A stretch of 45,969 nucleotides of DNA from a virus (lineage: Duplodnaviria > Caudoviricetes), in the IMG/VR virus record IMGVR_UViG_3300029822_000019, positions 1-45,969 of that record, one strand, 5' to 3'. Positions 15,134 through 24,392 of this stretch are shown here, one piece after another. Every line of letters begins with the position of its first letter. Positions within the stretch are counted from its first letter, which is position 1. A model generated the notes under the pieces. That model was given only the letters and a program-made list of their open reading frames with translations. It was not told where the DNA came from and searched no databases. The position numbers were made by a program, and so were the translations under genes.

Positions 15134-17536
15134 TTAATCGAGCTTTCGAGCGTAATACTTCTGCTTTCCATAGATCTTGAAATTTCTGGTTGAGTTGACC
15201 TGTTCCCATTCGTCCAGGCCACGCATAATGTCATTTATTTCCCTTGTCTTGTACCTGTCCATGTCTTCCTTATTCTTCCCAAGGCATTCACACCATATCT
15301 CCGCTATGCACACGTATACACGGTCTATGGAACCTTTCTCACTCAATGGATCTTCCATGTAAGCCCTCCTCTCAAAGATGTCCAGATGTTCCCAGTTCTC
15401 AGGTAGAAGCTTATTCAAATAGGCTTCGATCAATCCCCTGCGTTCATCTGTCTCACTGTGTAGTTTCTGTTGAACTGTAGCGATCGTTTCTGCTTCCCCA
15501 CTCAGGAACAAAGTCTCACCTTTGCGATATAAGTGAACAGCCTCAGCCCATACCTGATCAATCAGGGCCTTATCTTTCAGGAATGATTTGAGCTTCTCAT
15601 TGTCTACCAGTTTTATGTTGTGGAGGTCCACGGGCATGAAACGCCTATTTCCGGATGGATCTCTGAGGAACGTACTCTCATTTGTCGTGGCTATAAAAAC
15701 ACATTGTCTGAGGTATGTCTCCGGAGTCCTGGCATAAGCAGGTCGGAACATATCCTCTTGCTTTGAGATGAAGTGTTTCGTAGCTTCTATGTCTGCCTTT
15801 CTCAATCCGGATAGTTCAGCCATCTCGATCAACCAAGCCCCTTGAAGTTGTTCAAAAGCTTCCTTGCCCTGAACTGTGAGGAAAGTATCAGAGAACCAGT
15901 CCCGTCCCAAAGCCTTCAGGAAAGAACTTTTGCCGGTTCCTTGAATGTGACTTACTAAAGTGAGTACCAGGTCAAACTTGACTCCGGGATCAAATACCCG
16001 AGCCACAGCCCCTACCAACATTTTTCTGATCGCTTCCCTTGTATACACATTGTCGGCAGCACCAAAATAATCGATCAAGATCCGATCTACACGAGGGGTC
16101 TTATCCCATTCCAAAGATCTCAGATAATCGAGGATCGGATGGAAGTGGTTTTTTTCGAATTCCAAAGCCATGGAGTCTTCGACCTTCATTGCTCCTGATA
16201 TTCCATAAATACTTTCGATGTAGTTTCTGACTCCTGAATAATCAACATTCTTGACTGGTTCTGGTTTGGTTACCTTACGCCAAGGAAGATTGCCGAACAC
16301 GTACCTCTTACCATCAAAATCATTCTGCCTGAATAACTTCTTAAGGCGATGATCGTTGGAGAATATGAGGTTCAGGTTCGGAGAGGTTGACAAATAGTTT
16401 CCCTTTGAATCAACTTCCAGTTCCTGCATCCATTCAATATCTTCGTCCTCGACTGCCTGATTCTCTTCCAGGTCTTCCGTGAAGTCGTATTTTGCTTCTT
16501 GGATATTCTCTGAGGCTATTACTTTTTTGACAGACTTATCTCCTCTCGAAAGTTCCTCCATGGCGGCAAAGCTTTTAGGCTTTTGCCCCTGATAGGATTC
16601 ATCGCTATCGAGGTGTCCGAACTTATGGATGCGCACCAGGTCGAACGCATTACAAAGCTTTCCCCCACATGGGTCTGTGCCATGATGTGAATAGGCGAAT
16701 TTATCATCATAAACAATCAATCCGGCGGCCGTGGTGCCCTTTGAATAAGTGTACCTATCATCAATATCAGTTGGTAGATAAATGTCCTCCAGGAACTTGC
16801 TAATGGCCTCAGTGATGGAATAGGTCCGGCAGAAGGCCCCAACAATACCTTTCTTGTTCTCCGGGTCTTCCTGTTTCTTGGCTGAGTCTTTTACTTCCTG
16901 AAGTTCTCGTTCGGCAGTAGGCCAAAGACTCGAATCCTTCCAATCTGAATAACTGTCCAGGATCTCATCCACATCGATCCATGGACCATCTTGAAATTGA
17001 AAGTAATACTCTACGTCTCTTGGAGAAGACGGCCAGAACATAAGCCTGTTAGTTTCGAATGTAGTCTTATCGAATAATTCGATCCCCATCAGACCTGCGA
17101 TCTGTCTTCCTGTTGCTACATATTCATCCGGAGTGCATTCTCTGGATAGTGGCATGATCAACCTGAACCTCGGGGAGGTTTCGCAGTGCTTATGTGTTGC
17201 ATGCAGAACGGCGGCGTTACTGAACTGGAGACAATAGTCTTCCCAAAAATCCTTGTGAGCAAAGTCAATGTCCAGGGTCAACAGTTGTCTGTGAACTACG
17301 TTCTCAGGCTTGCGCCTTCCATTTCTTAAGTACCCTCCGACGTAACCTCCTACGTCTTTTATTTTCAATTGTTCCTCTTTCGTGGCTGAGATGAATTCCT
17401 TCAGAGTTTCAGTTGTCCGGTTTGTTTCTTTCAATCTTGTAACAAGCTCAGACCATTGAAATTTTTTATTCTTCCAGATCTTCGATTTGGCACTCATCCC
17501 TATTGCCAAATGTATTAGCCCGTCGTTTTTGATCAT
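15134..17536 (-). CDS. Primase-helicase (AEP-like N-terminus + VapE/VirE ATPase)
   Basis: TLDIDF, HATHKH, RFRLIMPL; QGTGKS, WLIEMAEL, FRPAYAR, TTN....D.SGNRRF. Confidence 0.9.
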   Translation of the reverse strand: MIKNDGLIHLAIGMSAKSKIWKNKKFQWSELVTRLKETNRTTETLKEFISATKEEQLKIKDVGGYVGGYLRNGRRKPENVVHRQLLTLDIDFAHKDFWEDYCLQFSNAAVLHATHKHCETSPRFRLIMPLSRECTPDEYVATGRQIAGLMGIELFDKTTFETNRLMFWPSSPRDVEYYFQFQDGPWIDVDEILDSYSDWKDSSLWPTAERELQEVKDSAKKQEDPENKKGIVGAFCRTYSITEAISKFLEDIYLPTDIDDRYTYSKGTTAAGLIVYDDKFAYSHHGTDPCGGKLCNAFDLVRIHKFGHLDSDESYQGQKPKSFAAMEELSRGDKSVKKVIASENIQEAKYDFTEDLEENQAVEDEDIEWMQELEVDSKGNYLSTSPNLNLIFSNDHRLKKLFRQNDFDGKRYVFGNLPWRKVTKPEPVKNVDYSGVRNYIESIYGISGAMKVEDSMALEFEKNHFHPILDYLRSLEWDKTPRVDRILIDYFGAADNVYTREAIRKMLVGAVARVFDPGVKFDLVLTLVSHIQGTGKSSFLKALGRDWFSDTFLTVQGKEAFEQLQGAWLIEMAELSGLRKADIEATKHFISKQEDMFRPAYARTPETYLRQCVFIATTNESTFLRDPSGNRRFMPVDLHNIKLVDNEKLKSFLKDKALIDQVWAEAVHLYRKGETLFLSGEAETIATVQQKLHSETDERRGLIEAYLNKLLPENWEHLDIFERRAYMEDPLSEKGSIDRVYVCIAEIWCECLGKNKEDMDRYKTREINDIMRGLDEWEQVNSTRNFKIYGKQKYYARKLD

Positions 17537-17542
17537 ATCTGT

Positions 17543-19495
17543 TTAGTCTTTTTTATAGAACTTCGTCACATATCCGTCCGCCACGAGAGGAAGTCCCGGA
17601 GCCCATGGAACTTCTTGGCCCATTATGTATTCCATTCTTTTTAGTTGTTCATCCGAATCAATCTCAGGTACTTCGCAAATGACTTCGTCATGTACGTGCA
17701 TCACCATTTTAAAACCTGCAGACCGGAGGGCCTGCATGGAATAAGCAAGCAGGTCTCTTGATATGGCCTGGACAATGTTCTCTACCAGTTTACCCCCGTA
17801 TGTTTCTATAGAGGTCCACTGTTTAATTACTTGATCCATGCCTTTGAAGACTATGCTTTCCATTCCAAATTTATTGACCCCCATTTGAGGTTGCTTATAG
17901 AAAAGGCTCCGCCCAGAGGGGAGTTCAATCCTGAATATGTCACCATCATAGTGGAACCCCAAAGAACGAAGCCTCATTGATTTTCTTGTCTTGATAGTAT
18001 GGATTGCGCAGGTCTCTACATCAGACCAGAGTTGAACTATTTTAGGATTCGCCTTTCTCCATTTTCTTACTACCAGTTTTCTCTCATGCGCAGGTATTTT
18101 GCCCTCCCGGTCCATTTTGGCCATTGCTCCTTCAGCACCCTGATACCCGAGAGCAAGCTCGGCCGTCTTTCCTCTCTGCCTCAATTCAGATCCTTTCGTT
18201 ACTGATTCTATTGGCACTCCAAACATCATAGCCGCTGAGGCCTCATATATCTTACCATGAGTCTTGAATACATCCAGGCGCCACTCTTCTTGAGCTACCC
18301 AAGATAATACACGGGCCTCAATAGCACTAAAGTCGGAGACTGCGAATGTATATCCTTCAGGAGCGATGAGTGCGGTTCGAATGAGTTCAGACAGGACGTC
18401 CGGGATGTTATCATATAACATTGTGATCAGGTCATAATCTCCTGAGGCTACCACCTTACGAGCTTGATCAAGATCCTTCATGTGGTTCTGAGGAAGGTTC
18501 TGTAATTGGATTAATCGACCGGCCCAGCGGCCTGTTCTGTTTGCGCCATAGAATTGGAAGAGCCCGTGAGCACGTCCATCCTCGCAGGCGCAATTGAGCA
18601 TTGATACATATTTCTTTGTGGAGGACTTTGACAGTTTCAACCTACCATCGAGAACCTCCGAGACAGCCGCATCATCAGACTCATCCAGGAGTTCAAGCAC
18701 TGAATCTTTCGCCAGGGTATGTACATTTTTTCCTAAGGCATCACTCAGCCATTCCTTAAGCTGTGATGGGCTGTTCGGGTTCTCTACATCAGTAAGTTCT
18801 TTCATTCGTTCAGTGACTTCGTCTCCGAACCTATTATCAATGTCCACTGCATTTTGAGCCATCTCCAAATCAATCAAAACCCCTGCATCATTAATCTCCT
18901 GATCAATTATGTAGTTGGTTCTCTCAAAGTCAGGAAGTTCAAAGTGTCCCAACCTGTGATCTATTTCTCGTTCTGCTTCCACGTCGTTTATACAGTACAA
19001 TTTGAATTCGTCCCACTTCTCCGGATCATGCCATGGAAAGTTCCTACTTCGCATATCATTCACCTTTGTTGGTTTGCAGGGGTTGCAAAAGTACCGAATT
19101 AATGCCTTACCTGTTGATAGTTTTCCCTTCTCTTCTAACTTCAAAGCCTTTGAAACCAGGTCCAAAGAAAGCGGAAGACCACAATATGCGGCTTTCACTG
19201 CGGAACAATACCACTGATCGATTGGAATATCGTAGCCATATTGACGAAAGGCGTTACGCTCGAATGTAGCATTGTGAGCCCATTTCTGTATGGAAGGATC
19301 GAGCAGACCATCGATGAACTCCTGAGGAAGTTCTTCCCCTTGTGCCAGGTCTATGATCCTGATTGGATCATCATCGAAGGCATAAGCTACCAGGAGAATC
19401 TCGAAGTCGAGTGATTGAGTGTATTTGTAAGCTCCTGAGGTTTTAATGTCCACGGAGCTAAAGGTCTCTATATCTATATGTAATTTCTGAGCCAT
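17543..19495 (-). CDS. polA: DNA polymerase, family A
   Basis: Exo DIETFS; RTGRW, LQNLP, motif A DFSAIEAR, motif B KTAELALGY, motif C HVHDE. Confidence 0.95.
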   Translation of the reverse strand: MAQKLHIDIETFSSVDIKTSGAYKYTQSLDFEILLVAYAFDDDPIRIIDLAQGEELPQEFIDGLLDPSIQKWAHNATFERNAFRQYGYDIPIDQWYCSAVKAAYCGLPLSLDLVSKALKLEEKGKLSTGKALIRYFCNPCKPTKVNDMRSRNFPWHDPEKWDEFKLYCINDVEAEREIDHRLGHFELPDFERTNYIIDQEINDAGVLIDLEMAQNAVDIDNRFGDEVTERMKELTDVENPNSPSQLKEWLSDALGKNVHTLAKDSVLELLDESDDAAVSEVLDGRLKLSKSSTKKYVSMLNCACEDGRAHGLFQFYGANRTGRWAGRLIQLQNLPQNHMKDLDQARKVVASGDYDLITMLYDNIPDVLSELIRTALIAPEGYTFAVSDFSAIEARVLSWVAQEEWRLDVFKTHGKIYEASAAMMFGVPIESVTKGSELRQRGKTAELALGYQGAEGAMAKMDREGKIPAHERKLVVRKWRKANPKIVQLWSDVETCAIHTIKTRKSMRLRSLGFHYDGDIFRIELPSGRSLFYKQPQMGVNKFGMESIVFKGMDQVIKQWTSIETYGGKLVENIVQAISRDLLAYSMQALRSAGFKMVMHVHDEVICEVPEIDSDEQLKRMEYIMGQEVPWAPGLPLVADGYVTKFYKKD

Positions 19496-19595
19496 GCTTA
19501 AAATTTTTTATTGAGCCGTGAAGTTCTTGGGTTTTCTTCCTTCCCGTTCTGGGTGACATTTAAAAGCGTTACACCCTTTAGCTTACTCATATTAG

Positions 19596-19663
19596 TAGGG
19601 TTACCGGGAGTCGAACCCGGAGCAGTGAAAAGTCTTGAAAAACACTGTGGCCAATAAACCCTA
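19596..19663 (-). ncRNA. tRNA-like element lacking a D-arm
   Basis: TAGGGTT/AACCCTA outer stem, CAGTG/CACTG stem, T-arm CCGGG-TTCGACT-CCCGG. Confidence 0.5.
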
Positions 19664-19668
19664 TGATT

Positions 19669-19698
19669 AAAAGAGAGTGGGGATGAGCCACTCTCTTT
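19669..19698 (-). terminator. Probable intrinsic terminator after SSB gene
   Basis: AAAGAGAGTGG-7nt-CCACTCTCTTT(T). Confidence 0.7.
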
Positions 19699-19716
19699 AT
19701 TGGATCAAAAAGCGAA

Positions 19717-20259
19717 TTACATCAGATCATCCGCATCGTCTTCACTGCCGAAGTCCTCTTCAGCTGAAGCACCACCACCGGCGAGACGTTCTCCATCTTC
19801 CAGCTTCTGAAGGTTGTTCAGACCGCAGGCGATTCCTTTGCTACCATTGGAGTCGTAGGCGTAGAAGTTGATGGATGCTCTGCCGTAGCAACCTGAGTAA
19901 AACTCTGATTTGTCCATGATGGGATTAAGGTCCGCATCCACGATCCCGGGCTTGTTGGAAGAGTTGGCATTCACGAACATGGCTCCTTCGTAAACTTCGT
20001 CGTCTTCTCTTTCCTCATCACCGTCACGGAGAGGAGTCTTCAGGTTCTTCGGGAGTTTACCACCCCATTTAGAACTTTTGCCTTCTTCTGTGGCACTTGC
20101 GATGGCGGCCTTAATCTTGTCCAGTGTCTTCTTATCCTTTTTGGAAATGATCAGAGAAACGCTGTACTTGGGTGTTGAACTTTCGTTCATTGCTTTCGGT
20201 TCAAAAACCTGTGCGTAACTGAATCGCACCTTTCCGGTAATTACTTTAGTCTGTGACAT
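19717..20259 (-). CDS. ssb: DUF2815 single-stranded DNA-binding protein (T7 gp2.5-like)
   Basis: VRFSYA, PLRDGD, FYSGCY, GLNNLQK..DGE.L, acidic C-terminal tail. Confidence 0.9.
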   Translation of the reverse strand: MSQTKVITGKVRFSYAQVFEPKAMNESSTPKYSVSLIISKKDKKTLDKIKAAIASATEEGKSSKWGGKLPKNLKTPLRDGDEEREDDEVYEGAMFVNANSSNKPGIVDADLNPIMDKSEFYSGCYGRASINFYAYDSNGSKGIACGLNNLQKLEDGERLAGGGASAEEDFGSEDDADDLM

Positions 20260-20293
20260 ACTCTTATTTATTTAATTGCTTAAAATTGTTCCG

Positions 20294-20354
20294 TAAATGT
20301 ACGGATTCTTTTTCAGATAAAAAAATTATTTTAGAAAAAAATGAAACTATATTT
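20294..20354 (-). promoter_or_regulatory. Conserved phage promoter/operator, copy 4 (TACATTTA variant)
   Basis: taaatgtacgg...tttttcagataaaaaaattattttag...tgaaac. Confidence 0.7.
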
Positions 20355-21540
20355 CATCCTGGAAGTCCAGGCGAGCCTGTTCGATCCCCATTGCCGGCCT
20401 TTTATCAGACACGGGAACGAGTGCAGGTTTGCCAGGAGGGATGACAACATGTTCACCAAGGACAACAGGGAATTCTTTTTTGCCGACCAGTTTCTCAATA
20501 GCGGGAATGCCCGCCAGTTTCGAAACCATAAATTTGTCCGCAGTGTATTTCAAATCGAGTAGGGTTGTTGCGACCTGAGTCTCATCAATCCATCTCCTCT
20601 GTGATCTACCCTCGACAACTTTATATCCGGGCCATTGTTTTCCCTTCAGAGCTTCAGCCAGAAGATAATCACCAACAGCATTTGCCCAATCCTGTAACAT
20701 TGGGATCTGAGAAAACACCTCAATCAATTGTTTGTCAGTAAGCAAGTGAGGGTCTTTGAATTCATGGCGGGCTAAAGCTATATTCTTTGCAGCCAGTGTA
20801 GCACACATGGCTTTCACCTTACACCATTTGCAGTGGTCTCCGGCCTTCTGAATGCCTTTTCCTTCGTAGGCTTTAGCCGCTGCAGGCTTGACCGTTTTGT
20901 TTCCCCATTTGATCAGGTCTTCCACAGGTATCTCCCATGATGATATATGGTCCAGGCGAGGCTGTACGATCGTCATTTTGATAGTGTGGATGTCATACAT
21001 AAGTTCAAAAGAGCGGAGTGCTCCGGAACCATAAAGCATGAGTTGCGGATTCTCTTCAGCATTGACCCTGATACCTTTCCCATATTTCAAATCAATAATC
21101 TCCAAGACTCCATCAGCGATCACACCTGCATCACCTGTACCGAATCCCTGTTCTACCAGGTGTGAGAAGTCCAGGCGTTCCTCAATCATCAGAACTGCAT
21201 CAGGTGTTTTCTGTTTGGCCTCCGCGAGCGCCTCCAATACATAGGTTACATACTTGTCGACTTCGTCCTCCATATCTTCAGTATAGAGCGGATTCGATCG
21301 AAGCTTTTTGATCTCCGAGTCATACACCTTTTTAGTGAGTTGACCCATAGCGTTCCGGAGGTTAATGTCTCCGAATTCGTGTGCGAGTGTCCCCTCCTCC
21401 GCATATACTGAGGATGTGGATGGAGAGGACTCTTCGAACTTCTCTTCCAGTCTTGCACTTGGTGTACAGACCAACCATCGAGAAGCTCCTGAGGCAGAAA
21501 GCAATGCGTGCTTCCTGGCCGAGTGGTTTACGTCCGCCAT
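20347..21540 (-). CDS. DUF2800 Cas4-like PD-(D/E)xK nuclease
   Basis: HALLSASGA.RW..C, AEEGTLAH, FGTGD, IIDLKYGKG, QLMLY, HCKWC.....C. Confidence 0.9.
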   Translation of the reverse strand: MADVNHSARKHALLSASGASRWLVCTPSARLEEKFEESSPSTSSVYAEEGTLAHEFGDINLRNAMGQLTKKVYDSEIKKLRSNPLYTEDMEDEVDKYVTYVLEALAEAKQKTPDAVLMIEERLDFSHLVEQGFGTGDAGVIADGVLEIIDLKYGKGIRVNAEENPQLMLYGSGALRSFELMYDIHTIKMTIVQPRLDHISSWEIPVEDLIKWGNKTVKPAAAKAYEGKGIQKAGDHCKWCKVKAMCATLAAKNIALARHEFKDPHLLTDKQLIEVFSQIPMLQDWANAVGDYLLAEALKGKQWPGYKVVEGRSQRRWIDETQVATTLLDLKYTADKFMVSKLAGIPAIEKLVGKKEFPVVLGEHVVIPPGKPALVPVSDKRPAMGIEQARLDFQDEI

Positions 21541-21947
21541 TACTTCAAACCATTAAGGAAGTCCACGAACTCAGGATATTTGTCTTTGGCCAAAGCCGTT
21601 ACATTGGGCGCTCCAAGAGCGGTCAATTTGGTCTTGATCTCAGCCCTTTTGTTTTCAACCTTCTTTGCGAGCAGGGCTCTCACCTCTTCGATTTTGATCT
21701 CAGGTGCATCATCCTCCTGGGTTTCTTCCTGTGGTGCAGGTTCTTCCTGTTTGGTTTCTTTTTTAGGATCGGCTTTAGTCTTTTCAGCTTTTGGCTTTTC
21801 CTGTTTAGGGGCAACAGCCTTTTCAGGGGCTTGAGCGATAATCTGTGGAGCTTGATCTCCGGCCAGGGCTGCAACTAAATTGTTGAGCGCTTCTACTTGT
21901 CTTTGGTCCTGAATATCAATCACGACCTTCACTTCAATCTGTGTCAT
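21540..21947 (-). CDS. Hypothetical protein typical of APSE-like replication modules
   Basis: Charged linker plus C-terminal I.EVR...K.......I...L...GA..V..L....Y; position upstream of DUF2800. Confidence 0.75.
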   Translation of the reverse strand: MTQIEVKVVIDIQDQRQVEALNNLVAALAGDQAPQIIAQAPEKAVAPKQEKPKAEKTKADPKKETKQEEPAPQEETQEDDAPEIKIEEVRALLAKKVENKRAEIKTKLTALGAPNVTALAKDKYPEFVDFLNGLK

Positions 21948-22360
21948 ACGTTCTTGCTTTTATAATTATTAATAATAAGATCCAGTTGACTGAGATACTC
22001 ACTCACTGGTGTAGATCCTGAATGGATGATCGACTCATGAAACATAGAGTCTTTGTGGAAGATTTTAGTGACCCAGGACTCGGGGTCAAGTTCGGCCTTG
22101 AATTCACCATTTGTGAATACGTGTACGCCTTTACGAGCAACAGCCTTCCAGTTTTCCCCTGAGAACAATTCAGAGATTTGGAGACCGGACATAAGGGCTA
22201 ACTTGCTGATTTGATCAGCGTCCAGAACACTCTTCCCATTCATGACTCTGTTCAAAGCCAAGTCCGGGTACTTGTTCTTGGGGAAGAGTTGGCGGGCCAC
22301 CTCTTTAGTGTCCAGCCCCCGGGTTTCGATTATTTCCTTTACATTAATTGTTCTCATCAC
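21944..22360 (-). CDS. Putative HTH transcriptional regulator
   Basis: N-terminal XRE-like pattern (GLDTKEVARQLF...LNRVMNG...QISKLA); first gene after promoter copy 5. Confidence 0.5.
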   Translation of the reverse strand: MMRTINVKEIIETRGLDTKEVARQLFPKNKYPDLALNRVMNGKSVLDADQISKLALMSGLQISELFSGENWKAVARKGVHVFTNGEFKAELDPESWVTKIFHKDSMFHESIIHSGSTPVSEYLSQLDLIINNYKSKNV

Positions 22361-22391
22361 GTTTTAAAATTATGGATTTGAATTATAGGTG

Positions 22392-22452
22392 CAAATGTAT
22401 GGGATCTTTCTCAGATAAAAAAATTATTTCAGAGAAATGTGAAACTATTTTT
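22392..22452 (-). promoter_or_regulatory. Conserved phage promoter/operator, copy 5
   Basis: caaatgtat...tctcagataaaaaaattatttcagagaaatgtgaaactattttt. Confidence 0.8.
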
Positions 22453-22598
22453 ACGGGTAAACAATGCCACAATCCATTGTGGCAGGTCTAATCATTTCTA
22501 ATTCAGTCATTTAGGGCCGTGATTTTGGCCTGAGAAACAATAGAAACAATTTTTCCTATAAACCCTTATACGTGTTTTATCCGTTCTTATACCCCCTA

Positions 22599-22734
22599 TA
22601 TTCTCCATATTCACTTATTTAAGTCTTCTATAGGAATTATTGTTTACATTGTTTATTTGGGGACTAACCTCCTGAGGCTGAATAATTTGAATTGACCACA
22701 ATGCATTGTTTACATTGTTTACTATTGTGGTCAG
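22599..22734 (+). repeat. 136-bp origin-like repeat, copy A
   Basis: Ungapped match to 45774-45909 (17 mismatches by hand); repeated ATTGTTTA/ATTGTGG units. Confidence 0.9.
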
Positions 22735-23303
22735 AATTTTATATGCAAACCAAGTTCGACACCTTTCTTCTGGAAGTCTGTCAGGTACTTCGCCTCGAAT
22801 CCGAGGTTGTTGTAATATACACCGGCCCCAGCGCCTACGTACCCGAAGGAGTTCACAGAGGTTGACAGGAAGGGAGTGAGCACCTTTCGCCTCTCAGTAG
22901 TTATCTGTTTTTGTACAGGTGTGAAAGTATATCCCCATTTCTGCAACTGGTTGTATTGAACCTGTGCATCGACGATCATGGTCCCGAGTGTATCACTATC
23001 GAACAACGTTTCCCTGTAGCTGTTCCTTTTTATGAACTCGGCAATGATCTGAGCAGTGTCTACAACCTGAGTAATGTATTTAGGTTCTCCCGGAACCCTG
23101 ATCGTGTCCGGTTTCATAGGCAAGACAGGATCTGCCGGAACCTCTACAAAATAAGGGACCGGTTGGGGGATTGTATCATGGATTGTTTCACCTTTTATGT
23201 ACTCGATCTTTTCGATCGGTTTTGTGGTCCATCTTCCGGCCATGAATCCAAGGATCAATAAGAGAATCCCTATAATGGTCCATTTTCTATTGGTTTTGTC
23301 CAT
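22731..23303 (-). CDS. Membrane-anchored lysis-module protein (spanin candidate)
   Basis: N-terminal TM helix, beta-rich C-terminus ending in Phe; follows holin and lysin. Confidence 0.55.
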   Translation of the reverse strand: MDKTNRKWTIIGILLLILGFMAGRWTTKPIEKIEYIKGETIHDTIPQPVPYFVEVPADPVLPMKPDTIRVPGEPKYITQVVDTAQIIAEFIKRNSYRETLFDSDTLGTMIVDAQVQYNQLQKWGYTFTPVQKQITTERRKVLTPFLSTSVNSFGYVGAGAGVYYNNLGFEAKYLTDFQKKGVELGLHIKF

Positions 23304-23351
23304 GTGGCTGAATTATTTATATGTGATGAATATCTTTATATGGGTTGAAAC

Positions 23352-23379
23352 AAAATAGGGCCTTAAATGGCCCTATTTT
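23352..23379 (-). terminator. Intrinsic terminator (possibly bidirectional)
   Basis: AAAATAGGGCC-6nt-GGCCCTATTTT. Confidence 0.7.
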
Positions 23380-23413
23380 CAATCAAATCAATTAAGCGTA
23401 AGTAAGGGGTCAA

Positions 23414-23845
23414 CTATACGATCTCAATCTCAACTTCCTCTCCTTTTTTTATAGCAGACTTCAAGCGCTTGACTAACTCATTTTCATACTGAGTAGAGTT
23501 GATCACTTGGCCTTTGACTTTGTTTTCTCCTACCAAGATACATCCTGCAGAGTCCTTGGCTGTGTTACCCCGATGGATCAAGATCCCTTCAAAGTGAGGA
23601 ACATCTAATAGACGAGGAAGTTCTCTTTTAAATTTAGGTGAACGATTCACGATCACTTTATAAGTTCCAAAAGGAATAGCTGTTTTAGCATAAACCTTTC
23701 CTTCTCCCGGATCATTGAGGTCTCCATCCTTATTGTGGTCCCTGTTCTTGTCTTCCAGAGTGTCACAGAATCGGACCCCCTCAATGCTGAGAGTCCCGAT
23801 GGTGTACTCTTCAGCAAAAAATCTACGCTTCAGTTTTAACTTCAT
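23414..23845 (-). CDS. DUF5675-family putative endolysin
   Basis: TIGTL, CDTLED, AIPFGTY, ILIHRGNT..DSAGCILVG; adjacent to holin. Confidence 0.75.
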   Translation of the reverse strand: MKLKLKRRFFAEEYTIGTLSIEGVRFCDTLEDKNRDHNKDGDLNDPGEGKVYAKTAIPFGTYKVIVNRSPKFKRELPRLLDVPHFEGILIHRGNTAKDSAGCILVGENKVKGQVINSTQYENELVKRLKSAIKKGEEVEIEIV

Positions 23846-24338
23846 GATGCTTGTTATTTATTTCTGTTTCAATAGTTACTGTGGATGGTTTTTTGTCCGG
23901 TTGGTTCATATACTCTACAACAGCTTTCACTATCTCAGAAATATCATCCTTATTAGTGATGATCTTCCCGGCCATATTGGCTATACCTTCTATACGAACT
24001 TTGTCTTCAGCCTTCTCATAAATACTCTTGATCTCGATCAGGCACACGCCTATTGCTCCGACCAGAGTGATGATGGGAAAGATAGGCCAGTTGTATTCGT
24101 AGTATTTTTCTAAATACCACAGTGAACTCATCTGCATGGCGTCCACTACAGTAAGTGCCAATAGAACGTTGTAATACCTGGCTATCTTATCGACCGTCCG
24201 TTTAAAACCATAGGAGGAACGAGCTATGCCATTCTTTTTGGCCTTCCGAACTCCACTCCATAAATCTGCCATAATGGCAAGCAGGACCATTAAATAGATT
24301 CCAAACGTAATCCATAGTGTCACGACTATTTTCTCCAT
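23823..24338 (-). CDS. Holin
   Basis: Three hydrophobic segments; DLWSGVRKAK...SSYGFKRTVDK...EIKSIYEK pattern of Bacteroidota phage holins. Confidence 0.8.
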   Translation of the reverse strand: MEKIVVTLWITFGIYLMVLLAIMADLWSGVRKAKKNGIARSSYGFKRTVDKIARYYNVLLALTVVDAMQMSSLWYLEKYYEYNWPIFPIITLVGAIGVCLIEIKSIYEKAEDKVRIEGIANMAGKIITNKDDISEIVKAVVEYMNQPDKKPSTVTIETEINNKHHEVKTEA

Positions 24339-24392
24339 TTTATTTAATTAGTACGTTTATACAATAATTCTATCTATTTTTTTTTTTTTAGT

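Noticed and set aside
19498-19590. 30-codon ORF (MSKLKGVTLL...) before polA
   Set aside because: Too short and featureless to support; may be just leader sequence.
19596-19663. Canonical tRNA gene
   Set aside because: No D-stem, a 15-nt loop in place of the 7-nt anticodon loop, no CCA; kept only as tRNA-like.
20347-22734. CRISPR-Cas (Cas4-like gene plus nearby short repeats)
   Set aside because: The nuclease is the DUF2800 member of a common phage replication module; the repeats lack regular repeat-spacer periodicity.
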